A stretch of 64,000 nucleotides of DNA from an uncultured Gammaproteobacteria bacterium (GCA_963797555.1 CAWCPV010000007.1:512001-576000), one strand, 5' to 3'. Shown: positions 30,246 through 43,442, counted from the stretch's first letter. Program-made: numbers and translations. Notes: generated by a model from the letters alone, not told the origin.

Positions 30246-30418
30246 GAGCAGAAGGCGATACCGGCGCTCGCGGACGCGCTGGCCGCGGTGCGGAGCCCTG
30301 GGAGCCCGAGACCACCGCGCGCAACCTGCGGCCCATCCGAGAGGCCAGGGAGGGGCGGAGGGACGACGTACCGTGGGCGAGGGAGATCGAGGGGGAGTTG
30401 GAGCAACGGGCACGGTAA
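30246..30418 (+). repeat. Diverged orphan copy of the 3' end of the DUF4071/TPR-S gene (25013-25192)
   Basis: 38-bp exact block 30293-30330 = 25061-25098; encodes PWEPETTARNLRPIREAREGRRDDVPWAREIEGELEQRAR*. Confidence 0.88.
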
Positions 30419-30632
30419 TAACTAAGTCTTTGCGGCTGGCACATCGCTGAAAGGATGCTGCGTTACTCGACGTACGCCGGCAAGAAACACGATACTGCGG
30501 ACTTCAGCACGGCTCGATTATCATAAACGGTGCGCCCTCGGCTTTTTGTGTGAGTCCAACTGCGAAGGGTCCGCAGAGGCTCTTGCAGGCCAGCCATGTC
30601 AAAATCACTGCTCCGTAGGTGGGGTTACGTGC

Positions 30633-33600
30633 GTGCAGCACCCTGATCACTTCGAGTGGGACGTGTTCCTGAGCTACAGCCATGCGGACAAGCCGCGAGT
30701 TCTCCGTCTGGCCGAAAGGTTGCGCGATGCCGGGTTGCACGTTTGGCTGGATGACTGGGTAGTCCGGCCCGGCGATGACTTCAATCTTGCAATACAAGAG
30801 GGGCTTCAGCGCTCCCGGCGGCAGGTGTTCTGCATTTCGAAAGAATCGGTCGAATCTGACTGGGCCCGCGCTGAGCAGAATAGCGTTCTTTTCCGGGACC
30901 CTCTCAACCGCGAGCGCCGGTTCATACCGTTCTTTTGGAAGACTGCGGCATACCCGATTTCGTCGGGCGCTTCCATCGTGTCGACCTCCGCTCGGAAACC
31001 GAAGAGGCATGCCGCCAGCCCATCGACGCCTGCTCACCGGCACATTACGGGACCATGGCCGCAAACGCGCCAGGTACCGCGACTCGGGAGGAGCTTGACG
31101 TCCTTCGCGACAGGTTCGCCCATGCATCGCAGGACCTCCTCCGCTGGCCCGCATCTCTCCCCGGAGGCACATGGTTGGAGCGGCCGGAGCTGGACGATAT
31201 CCTGCGCTCGATCGAAACCACACGATCCTCCTTGACCCTTCTGCTCGGTGAACCAGGGGGCGGCAAGTCGGCCCTGTTGGCCCGCCTTGGTGCGCTTCTC
31301 CAGGAGCGCGCTATAGCCCTGCTGGCGATCAAGGCTGACTTCCTGCCCAGCAACGTCCTGACGCTCTCGGATCTGTCGACCTATCTGCAGTTTCCCGTCA
31401 CGGTGGACCGGGCATTCCCACTGCTCGCAGCCCAAGGGCCCGTGGTGCTCCTCGTCGATCAGCTCGATGCCTTGGCCGACATGGTGGTGCAGCATGCAGA
31501 GCGCCTGAAGCCCCTGCTCGAACTCATCGAGACTCTCGCTGAGATCGATACCGTCCATATCGTGGCATCGTGCCGTACCTTTGAGCACCGCCACGATCCA
31601 CGCCTGCGGAGCCTTGCTGCGGAGCCCCTGCAACTCTCCCTCCCTGGCTGGGAATCTGTGGCGTCCACATTGCGCCATTGGGGTATCGAAGCAGGAGCCT
31701 GGAGCGCTTCGATCCGCGAAGAACTCCGTAGTCCTCACGTATTGGCGCTGTTCCTCGACTTGCTGAAAGACAGGCACGAAGCGCACGTGCTCTCTTGCTA
31801 CCAGGCGATGCTGGATACCCTCTGGCAGCAACGGGTGCTGCACGACACGACCGGGGCACGACGCCAACTGCTATTCGACATGGCGGAACAGATGGCCGAA
31901 CGAGAGACGCTATGGTTGCCGTTGGCGATGTACGAGGACCGGCGGGAGACGGTTCACGCGCTGGCGCGCGATGGAATCCTCACCACGGACGACGCGGGTC
32001 TGCGCGTCGGCTTCCGACACCAGACCCTATTCGAATTCGTGCGCGCTCGCAGTTTTCTCGAGGAGTCGGGTCGGCTTACCAATGCCGTCGTCGCCCGGCA
32101 AACCAGCCTGCGCGTTCGTCCGCAACTGTGGCATGCCCTGGGCTATCTGCGCGCAGCCGATCGCAGCACGTATCTTGGGGAGATCGAACTCCTTTGGCAC
32201 GCCGATCTGCGTGCCCATTTGCGCGCGCTCGTCATCGAGTTCCTGGGGCGGATGCACGATCCCGAGCAGCGCGAAGCTCATCTGCTACTCGCGAGCTTCG
32301 ATGACCCTTGGCACAGGCGTCGGATCTTGTCCGCCGTTGTCGGTAGCCCCGGCTGGTTTCGGTTGCTGATGCCCGGTCACTTGCCGATGCTGATGTCCGG
32401 AACTGCTGAGGAAGCGTCGCAGGCACTCCCAGTTCTGCAAGCGGCTCTCGTCTTCGCCCGCGACGATGTACTTGAGCTGGCGGATTCCCATTGGATGGCT
32501 CACATGGAACGGGACGTGGTGATATGGCGCCTGCTGGAAGAGGTACCGCAGTGGGACAATGCGGTGGTGGACCGGTTCTGCCGCGTTCTCGGCCGGACGG
32601 AGATCGCCGCGTGGGCCGTGAACGCACTCGCGAGCAAGGTGAGCGCGGCACTGCCCAACGAGGCGCCTCGACTTGTCGCCGCATGGCTGCATCGCCAGCT
32701 CAGATCTATTGCGACCAATGCCTCTGCCACAACATCAAACCGCGATGCCGACCCCACCGAGACCGCGGCGGGAGATATCAGCCAGATGGACCCGCACGCG
32801 GGCTACCGCAAACTAGTCGGCGAGCAGCGACTGCACGACCTGCCCGCGGTCGCCGAGGCTGCCCCGTGGTCGTTCCTCAATGCTGTCTGGCCATGGTTCC
32901 TCACGGTGCTGCAGCAAGCGGCCGAAGAACCGCACCCGTTCGTTATCGGGTACCGCGACGACCACGGTTTGGTTACGGACTGGGAGAACGACGCAGACCT
33001 CGAGCGCGAGCACCCACTTCTCAAAGCGCTGGAGATCGCAGTGGACGGAGTCGCGGCGCGAGAACCCCGCGCCTTCCTCGAGTTCGTCGAGACCCATCGC
33101 CGGCACGACTTGCTTATGCTTCTGGTACAGCGCCTGCTGGCCCGCGGAATGTTGCAGCTCGTCGATGCGTGGCCTAACGAGGTGCTTGAGTTTCTCACCG
33201 AGGATCCGCGGCGGTTTGCGCTGGAACCGTCGGCCAATGAGCACGCCGATTCACAGCGGTTGATAAGGGCCGTCGTTCCTCGCCTGGACGCGAGCGGCCG
33301 CCGGCGGCTGGAAGAGGCCCTTATTCGTTGGAGCCACTATACTCGTCATCCGGAGGACGAACCCGACGTTCGTTTACGCCGCCTGCGATGGAGCCGCGAG
33401 CACCGGCTCCGGCTGCTGCGCGCATTCCCGAGGGAGTACATGAGCGAGGATTGCCGCCAACTCCTCGATGCGGAAACGCGGGCTTTCCCCGACTTGAGTG
33501 ACCGAGATACGTGGTTTTCCGGCGTACGCGTGGTCGGTAGCCCAATGAGTCCAGAGCAGATGGCAAATGCAAAGGACGAGCACATTCTGAATCTCTTCGA

Positions 33601-35069
33601 AGAGCTTACCGATGACCATGGCTGGGACCACCCACAAAGCTGGGGCCGGGGTGGTCCGATACAGGCGGGGCGAGCTGGCATCGAAAGACCCGGAGCGAGG
33701 CGTCCGGATTGCTCGACTGCTACGACCAGTCCGAAACGAGTATCCGGTAAGCCAAGTGTTGGAAGGCTTGGTGAAGGGCGGCTACGCTCCCGAATCACTC
33801 TACACTTTGATCTTAGAACTTAGCCAGCGTGGATTCACAGGCGATGCATTCAGGCACGCCGCGGCTCGCGCCATAGCAACGGTCGTCTCCAGCGCACAAC
33901 CGTTGCCCGACGAGGTATTCCAACTGCTTGAGGGTTGGTTGGTCCCTGCGGATCGGATTTCTCGAGAGCGCTCGGAGGATCGGGATGATGTGAGAGAGAG
34001 GACAGCATTCTTTGGGGATATGCACGGATGCGGGTCCTGCCGCACGGAAACTATCCGATCCTGCAGGCGCTCTCGGAGGCTTGCCTCGTTGCCCAACCCA
34101 CTCAAGCGGTCCGTTGGCGCACTTTGTTGGAACGGCATCTGGGGCACGACGAAGATATTGAAGTGTGGGCGGCTATGGGGACCTATCTACAGTGGCTGCA
34201 TTTCGCGGACCGTAACCGAGCCGAAGATTTCATGCAGCGCCTGTGGGGCCGCTATCCTGAGCTTCTCGAACGAGTCGAGGGTATCCATCTCTTAGCCCAT
34301 GCACAGCACTGGGTGGGAGCAGAGCGGCTACGCCTGGCTAGAGACCACGCGCGGCAGGGGATCTCGCCTTGCCTGTCAGGGCTACGGTGAAGTCGCCATG
34401 CTGCGGCACGGCTTGTTCCCGCGCGAACAGTGGGCAACGGAGCGGGTCCGATCCATCGTGTACGGTGCGGCCTCCGATACATGCGTTCGAGCGGCTCGCG
34501 TCGGGGTGGCGCATAGTGCTGCCGCGCTGTGGAAGGAGGCTGAGTACCGTCCAGTGGCTCACCCGACCGTGGTCGCGCTGATCGCCGACAAGGATCCTGG
34601 CGTACTCAAAGCGCTAAGGGCCATATTTCGGGTCAAGGCCCTATTCCCAGACGACATGACTCGCGAGCTTTTGGATGCCATCTCCGCCAACCCGGCCATT
34701 CTTGGTCAGAACGACACAGAATTTCTGCTCGGACACCTCGAAGGACTAGTTGTAGGGGAGCCCGAGCGCGTCCACCGCGTGTGCCTCGCACTGCTCGACC
34801 GTTTCGGCGAACAGTTCGCCAGTCCCCATTCCCGGGCGTATCTCGATGGGGATATCTTGATTTCGATCGCCCTACGACTGCTAGAGCTGGGGCCATCGCA
34901 GCAGGAGCACGGCACCGAGCTATTCGAGCGGATGATGGAGCTCAACTTGCCGGGGATTACCGGAGTGCTGGTCGACCTCGACAAGCGGATGCCCAATACA
35001 CCGGCTTATGGACGCAATAGACCTCGGAGGCGCAGGAGACGGCAGGCAGACCGCGCTGACAACGGATAG
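30633..35069 (+). CDS. Large TIR-STAND/NACHT-like NTPase with long helical C-terminus (Avs-like), split by about 4 frameshifts
   Basis: TIR WDVFLSYSHAD..WARAE; GEPGGGKS Walker A; VLLVDQLDAL Walker B; IVASCR; FRHQTLFEF; contiguous ORFs join near 30935, 33670, 34010 and 34320. Confidence 0.75.
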
Positions 35070-35210
35070 CCCCTGAACCGAAAAATCCGTGCCTTCCTAT
35101 CCTGTGCTTAATACGCCGTGCAGCCACAATTGCCCCGATCGTCGGGCCACGAGTGCATACCGATGGGGGTGCCTAGCGTGACCGCGGTCATCGTGCCAGG
35201 CTGAACGCAT

Positions 35211-35624
35211 TTACCGTCGATATCCAACGCCCCAGACGCGCAACAGGGCCTGGCAGCCCGCATCAAAGGTGTCTGTGAAGTCCACGTGCTCGAAGCTCGA
35301 AAGCGTCCAAGAGAGCTGCTCGAAATCGCAGTCCTGGTGCAAGACGGGCACGATGCGCTCGTCGAAGCGCTCGTGCTGCAGCGCGTAAAGCAGCTCCCGC
35401 TTTACCCACCGGGACGCTACCGCGGCCGGGGACAACACCAGGACGAACCAATCACAACGCCGCAGGGCGGCGCCGATCTCGTCGTGCCATTGCCGGGCGC
35501 CCAGGATCGCCCGCCGACTGTACCACACCGGTAGCCCGTGCCTGACAAGCATGCCCGCCAAGCGCTCGGCGAACGCATGGTCCTGGTCGGAGTGGGACAG
35601 GAATAGTTCCTGGGGTGGTGCCAC
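35211..35624 (-). CDS. Standalone TIR-domain protein
   Basis: LFLSHSDQD, LSPAAVASRWVKREL, IVPVL. Confidence 0.88.
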   Translation of the reverse strand: MAPPQELFLSHSDQDHAFAERLAGMLVRHGLPVWYSRRAILGARQWHDEIGAALRRCDWFVLVLSPAAVASRWVKRELLYALQHERFDERIVPVLHQDCDFEQLSWTLSSFEHVDFTDTFDAGCQALLRVWGVGYRR

Positions 35625-35645
35625 GGAAGCGCGTGAACAGGCTTA

Positions 35646-36050
35646 TCAGGCGGCTTCCGTGAGCAGGCTTGCGACGCGACGCAGACCTTCCCGGTCATCC
35701 CGGCCAAGTCTCACCGTTTGAAGACGTTTCAGGATCCAGGGTAGCTCCTCGTCCGGGACCTCTTGGGGCGTTCCTACGATGATGGGGACGAGTCGGCCCT
35801 TGAAAGTCTTCTCACCCAGGGCATACTCCAGCTCCGCCCGTACGAAACGCGAACGGACCCCCGCGGGCGTGAACAGGACCACCATGGCGTCCGAGTTCTG
35901 GAGCGCCTGCCCCGCCTCCAGCGCCAGGTTGTCTCCAGGCAGCACATCCCGCTCGGCGTCCCACACCTCGAGACCGGCTTCCTGCAGCGCGTCGCCCACA
36001 CGGCGCGCCAGATCCACGTCTTCGTGCGCGTGACTTAGGAAGACTTTCAT
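35646..36050 (-). CDS. Standalone TIR-domain protein
   Basis: MKVFLSHAHED, FTPAGVRSRFVRAELEYAL, LVPII. Confidence 0.88.
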   Translation of the reverse strand: MKVFLSHAHEDVDLARRVGDALQEAGLEVWDAERDVLPGDNLALEAGQALQNSDAMVVLFTPAGVRSRFVRAELEYALGEKTFKGRLVPIIVGTPQEVPDEELPWILKRLQTVRLGRDDREGLRRVASLLTEAA

Positions 36051-36344
36051 GGAAAGAGCCTACTCGAACCCCAAATGGACTACAACCACCGTAGCAGGGC
36101 CCCACCGGCGCTGTTTTGGGTCCGTGCTGGCAGGCGCTGCTATCAAGGCTTCAGACCCCAGGCGAGAACTATCGGCAGCGTCGATCCGAATGAGCCGAAG
36201 CCCGAAGATCGCGTTGGCGGGTGCCCAACCGGGGCTGGCTGCCCTCCGGCCCAGAGCCGCATGAATACGTCTCTCCCATGGACCTGGGCCGATAAGGGCC
36301 TCGACCCCAGGAGATCTTCCTCCGGCAAGCGCTCTAGCCTCGCG

Positions 36345-36773
36345 TCACTGCCCCTCCAGAACCAGCCGGAGCGCTTCCTCCTTGATGCGTTCCTCGTTGA
36401 CCCTCTCGGCAAGCTCCAAGTCGCTGTACCGGCCGCCGAAGGCATCGAGAGAAGCCTGCCGCAGCGAAGAGGGGTAGATCTCCTCGATGCTCTGCCGCAG
36501 ATCATCGACACCGAGATAAGACCCCCCGGCCCTCCTGCGCCGGTTGACGCGCAGCACCCCGTCGACGGCGTTCTTGATGGAGACCTCCCAAGACCGTGTG
36601 GAGCGTTCCTCGGCGTGCTGTTTGACGAGGTGGACGAGGAGGATGTGCAGGAAGGCTTCGACCTTGTTTATCTTGTCGTCCCGGCTCATCTCCTCCATTT
36701 CCCCCAGAAGGGCAAGGGCCTCGGCATAACGGCCCTGTTCGATGTGCGCACGCAGCTCCAGAAGCTCTTCCAT
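36345..36773 (-). CDS. DUF29-family protein
   Basis: EMEEMSRDDK..LHILLVHLVK..RSTRSWEVSIKNA. Confidence 0.75.
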   Translation of the reverse strand: MEELLELRAHIEQGRYAEALALLGEMEEMSRDDKINKVEAFLHILLVHLVKQHAEERSTRSWEVSIKNAVDGVLRVNRRRRAGGSYLGVDDLRQSIEEIYPSSLRQASLDAFGGRYSDLELAERVNEERIKEEALRLVLEGQ

Positions 36774-37151
36774 TAGGCTGTCCTCGATTTCGTTCCCGGC
36801 GCGGAGAACCCTGTGGCCGCCCTCGACCGGCCATCGCTCCTCGCCCACCTCATGATACCGTGACTCTCCCGAGCCCAGGTGCGCTGGGCGCACTGCGTCT
36901 GGCCCGCGTACCTGCGCGAACCGGTGGAGCCGCGCCACCGCCTGTAGCCGCAGCTCGCGCTGGGCTTGCGCCGCTTTCACTTCGCCAGTCGAACCAAATC
37001 CTGAGGGTCCGATATTCCAGCGCCATTCTCCTCCGTGCCGGCGCCGAGCGAGGGGCGGCACGGACTTCTACGCAATGCAGGGCCAGGCCCGCGGCGCGCG
37101 CCGACTCACGGGCTCGCTTGCCCACGCGGGGCGGCTTGTGCGCCCAGGAAG

Positions 37152-39806
37152 TCAACGTCCGGGGCGGCTGGGCGCGCCACCGCGCTTGGCGAGCAGTCTC
37201 TTCAGCCGGCCCTGCGCGAGGAACAGCCGGTCGAACACGTGCAGGTGCAGGCGGGCGAGGGCGGCGCCGATCACCGCCATGCCCAGCCCGATCAGAAACT
37301 GCTGGACCGTCTTGCGGTAGTTCACGAGCTTCGAGACGATGCCGAGCCCCGCCAATGCGAGCACGGTGGTGCCTACCACCATCGCCGCGCCTCCCAGTGT
37401 CAGGCGCAAGATCTCACGGGTCCACCAACCGTAGAGGGCATAGCCCAGCAGCACCAGAAGCAGCAGGGCGAGCGCGCCGGCGGCGATCTGAAGCCGCCGG
37501 GACAGCAGCCAGATTTTGAAGAAGAGCTTATCGGCGACTTTGAGCTGGCGGACAAGCAGATTGCCGGGCGTCGGGTCTTTGAGCAAGGGCTCGCTCACAA
37601 GAAACTTCCACTCCTCGCGAGGCGGCTGCTTCACCTCGAAGCCCAGGATGGGCTCCTTGAGTGCGTGCTCGGTCATCAGATAACCGCTGGTCATGAGTGC
37701 ATACGCCTCTGCTTCCGAGAAGGAGTCGAGGTCGGTGCGGATGGCGGCCAGCCGACGCTGGACGTGCTTCTGCACTCCGTATTCGGTGAGTGGGTTGGCG
37801 CGTTGCGGCTCGGACGGGTCCTGCGAGCCGATCCAGTCCACGGGCGTGGTCTCCAGGCCCTTCTTTAGGTGCACGAACATCAGCCCCTTCAGCAGCCCGC
37901 CGCGCCGCCGCCCCTCCAAGTCCTGGAACTGGCTCACGCGGACGCGCGCCTGCAGGATGCTGTTCGAGCGGAGCGGCACCCCCAGCAGCCCGTTGCTCGG
38001 GAAGTCCTGCGCATCCATCTGCCCGCTGGCGTCGCTCACCAGCAATACCGAGCAGCCTTGCTCCAGCAGCGCCGCTACACCCTGATTGTCGTGCACTCCG
38101 CCATCGACCAGTCTCACCACCGGCTGAACCTTCCGATCCCCCTCCTCGGGCATGTACTCGTAGAGATTCGCCAGGGGCAGCGGCTCGAAGATGCCCGGCA
38201 CGCAGGACGAGGCCGCGACGGCGTAACCCAGGCGCACGCGCTGGTGGGGCTCGGGCGCCTGCTCGTAGTACATGCGCCTCAGGCGGTAGTTGGCATCGAC
38301 CTCGGAGTCGATGCCGGCGGGCGGCTCGCCCATCCAGGTCGCGGTGAACTGCCAGTTGTGGCCGGTGTTGAGCGAGGTGGCGTTGAGCATCAGGATGGGC
38401 ACCTTCGCCGAGCGGCGCCAGTTGCCATCCTTGGGTACGAAGCCCTCGGGCTCGCCTTTCGGGAAGACCTTGAGCTCGTTGAGCCACCGCTCGCGGCCGC
38501 CCTCGCCGTCCTCGACCTTGGAGAAGATCTCGGTCTCGTACAGCTCTCCGGCGCGCTTGGTGCGAGAGTAGTCGCGCACGAACATCATCTTGATGTTGGT
38601 GAGCCACTCGGCGGCGATGCGGGTGCGGATGTTGCGCTCCACGCCTGCCAAAAACCGTTCGGTGGTGCGCTGCACGATGGCGATATAGTCGTCGCGCGTG
38701 ATCGCCGAGTCGGCCTTGTCCTGCAGCAGCTTACGCACCTCCAGGTAGAAGTGGGCCCCGATGATGGAGCCGCCGGAGACGCAGGAGAGGTATTCGACGT
38801 GGCGCAGCAGATCCAGCTCGGCGAGCTTGGCGAGCACCCCGATATGGTACAGAGAGGCCCGGAAGCCGCCGCCCGAGAGCGCGAGCCCCACCTTGCCGCG
38901 AATCACCGAGGCGACGGCGGCAAAGCTGTCCCCGAGGAACTTGCGCAGCGCCTCCTGTCCCCGCGTATCGACCGGCTCGCTGCGGCGGGCCGCTCCGTCT
39001 TGCTTCAAGCGCAGCAGGGTAGCGAGCTGCCGCGCGGTGCTCTCCCGCTCCCAGTCCGCCACTCCCTCCAGCGCATTCGCCCGCGTCAGCCATTCCTCGG
39101 CCTTCTCGTAGTCATCGAGACCGAAGTACGCCTCGCCGAGCGTGACCAGGAACCACCAGGTCTCGTTGAGCCATGCCTCTTGCGCGGGCAAGTCCGGCAG
39201 GGCTGCCACGATGGCCTCGCGGATGGCGCGCGCCTGCGCCCGCCGCAGCGCGGCCGTGCTCTCGGAGGCGCCCGAAAGTTCGGCGGCGAGCTGAGCCTCC
39301 GGGCTCTCCAGGTCGGCCAGCAGGTCGAGCACGAAGGCGGCGTTGATCCCCGTGTAGCCGTAGTCGGAAACGACGCCCTGCTGGTAGCCCCGGAGGTAGT
39401 AGGCGAGCGAGGTCTCGAGCTGGCGCTCCTGCGCAGTCAGCTCCCACATCCGCTTGTGGATGGCACCCGCGAGCCCGAGTGTCTCCTGGTTCACCGTCTT
39501 GCCGAGGTCGTCCGCCTCGCGCAGGATGCGCAGCGCCCGCTCGAGCTTCTCGTCGGCTTGCAGGTCCGGGTCCTTGTAGGTCGAGAGAGCGCGTTTCTGC
39601 GCGAACACGAGACGCTGGTCGGGACTGCCGGCGACGCGGACATCCGCGCTGTAGCGGTCGAGGAGCTTGCGGGCAGGCCCGAATACGCGATCCCGGTGCA
39701 GGCACTTGACGAGGTCCAACACTTCGTCGGGCGTCGCCGACGCGCCGCTCAGGATGCCGTTGACCCTCTCTTTGCACCGCTCCAATGAGGCGGACTGATC
39801 TGCCAT
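37152..39806 (-). CDS. TPR-S + patatin-like phospholipase with C-terminal TM helices
   Basis: LALSGGGFRA, SCVSGGS, LVDGGVHDNQG; N-terminal ETLGLAGAIHKR, YTGINAAF, WERESTARQL; three hydrophobic C-terminal segments. Confidence 0.88.
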   Translation of the reverse strand: MADQSASLERCKERVNGILSGASATPDEVLDLVKCLHRDRVFGPARKLLDRYSADVRVAGSPDQRLVFAQKRALSTYKDPDLQADEKLERALRILREADDLGKTVNQETLGLAGAIHKRMWELTAQERQLETSLAYYLRGYQQGVVSDYGYTGINAAFVLDLLADLESPEAQLAAELSGASESTAALRRAQARAIREAIVAALPDLPAQEAWLNETWWFLVTLGEAYFGLDDYEKAEEWLTRANALEGVADWERESTARQLATLLRLKQDGAARRSEPVDTRGQEALRKFLGDSFAAVASVIRGKVGLALSGGGFRASLYHIGVLAKLAELDLLRHVEYLSCVSGGSIIGAHFYLEVRKLLQDKADSAITRDDYIAIVQRTTERFLAGVERNIRTRIAAEWLTNIKMMFVRDYSRTKRAGELYETEIFSKVEDGEGGRERWLNELKVFPKGEPEGFVPKDGNWRRSAKVPILMLNATSLNTGHNWQFTATWMGEPPAGIDSEVDANYRLRRMYYEQAPEPHQRVRLGYAVAASSCVPGIFEPLPLANLYEYMPEEGDRKVQPVVRLVDGGVHDNQGVAALLEQGCSVLLVSDASGQMDAQDFPSNGLLGVPLRSNSILQARVRVSQFQDLEGRRRGGLLKGLMFVHLKKGLETTPVDWIGSQDPSEPQRANPLTEYGVQKHVQRRLAAIRTDLDSFSEAEAYALMTSGYLMTEHALKEPILGFEVKQPPREEWKFLVSEPLLKDPTPGNLLVRQLKVADKLFFKIWLLSRRLQIAAGALALLLLVLLGYALYGWWTREILRLTLGGAAMVVGTTVLALAGLGIVSKLVNYRKTVQQFLIGLGMAVIGAALARLHLHVFDRLFLAQGRLKRLLAKRGGAPSRPGR

Positions 39807-39978
39807 CGTTCTTCCTCCCTATATTTCAAGTGGTTCGTAGAGGCGCCGGCCCGAACCCTCCCGCCGCACTTCTCAGGACCCCATCTCGACATAGAGTCGT
39901 CGGGCCATCAAACCCCGGGCCGAACGGCCGGACCGCTGTGAAAGCCGGTCCAGACAGATGCTTACCCGCCCCGTGGTA

Positions 39979-40700
39979 TCAGAACGCCAAGTACACATGA
40001 TGCACCACCGTGCGGGGGCCAACTATTTCGGCGCAACACATCGGCCAGGCCGCTTCGGCTGAAGCACTCGCCGCCTTCATGACCGCTCCTTGGCCTGCTG
40101 CACCGCCCAGCGGTATACCTGGTCGAATTTGGTCTCTCCATGCGCGGGCGGGGCCAGCAACGGGCGGAACTTGGGATCGTAGAGGAAGTATTGCCCCTCG
40201 GACGGAAACAGCGTTGGGGCGTGGGGCCGGGGCTTGGACGTTGAGCCCGCCCACATCGAGTTGCCACAGGAACCGCGCGGCGTCCATGAGGGCCAGCCAG
40301 ACGGGGGAGGCGTCGTTGCGCTGGAGAAGCAACGAAAGCAGGCGGATATCCCACAGCCCCACGGTTCTGTCTAAAGACCCCGAGGAGAGCGTGAGCCCAT
40401 CGGGGCTGAAGGCGACGCTGCTCACGCCAGCGCCGAGGTCCAGGGCCGGAGAGGCCCAGCGCTGGTCGAAGGCGGAGCCTGCCACCGCCGGATCAAGGAA
40501 CTTGCCCACCGTTGCCAGCTCAAGCGCGGGGCAGACCCGGTGCGATGCGCTGGTCCAGCTCTGCCGCGGCATACAACCAGGCGCGCCAGTGGGCCATGGT
40601 GTCATGGGCGATGCTCGCCTCGTTCAGTGCGTTCAGGGCCTTTTCCTCGTACGCTTTGGCAAGGTTGAAGTTGGCGGCGAACGCTCGCGGGCTGGAGTCG
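39979..40700 (-). pseudogene. Fragments of a WD40-repeat (probably STAND-WD40) gene
   Basis: One WD40 unit VSSVAFSPDGLTLSSGSLDRTVGLWD; broken frames on either side. Confidence 0.55.
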
Positions 40701-40702
40701 GT

Positions 40703-40779
40703 TGTCACGGGGACGGCGCTCGAGTGCCTCGGACACGCTGGATTTCGATAGGCGCGTCTGCCAGCTTCGCCACCCCGGC
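40703..40779 (-). pseudogene. Decayed tRNA, most likely tRNA-Leu
   Basis: 5' GCCGGGGTGGCGAAGCTGGCAGACGCGC (acceptor 5' strand plus class II D-arm); 3' remnant CTCGAGCGCCGTCCCCG; anticodon arm not foldable; divergent from queA. Confidence 0.6.
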
Positions 40780-40858
40780 GATGGCCGACTCACCCTTGTC
40801 AGGGTATCTCAAGAACGCCGTCAGGCGGTGCGCGCCGCCTCTGCTATAGTATCCGGCC

Positions 40859-43061
<2,203 letters not shown>

Positions 43062-43442
43062 TCGCGAGGGGGGTTTTGCCAAGAGTGCTTTCGCTCAGAG
43101 TTCGTGAAGAAATCGTCGCGAGCGGCCCCACGCGAGGCGCATGGAGCGCGGCGACGAGGCATATCGAGTCGCCCATCAAGTCATGGTCGAGGAGCGACCG
43201 GTCCTCCATCGTTTGGCCCTCCGCCTCGGCCCCTCATCCTCGCCCGACCGCCAAGTCCACCCCTTGAACCCGGTAGTCATCGACAGACTTTAGGCACCGT
43301 GGAGAGTTCCACGACATGCGCGCGCAATCCGCGCCGCCTGTGGCATAATACGCGGCCATCAGTGGCCGCGCCCTGGTTCGGTGCCGCTGCCACCGAGCGC
43401 GTCAGGCAAACCCGTCAACGACCCGACTAGAAAGGGCACTCC

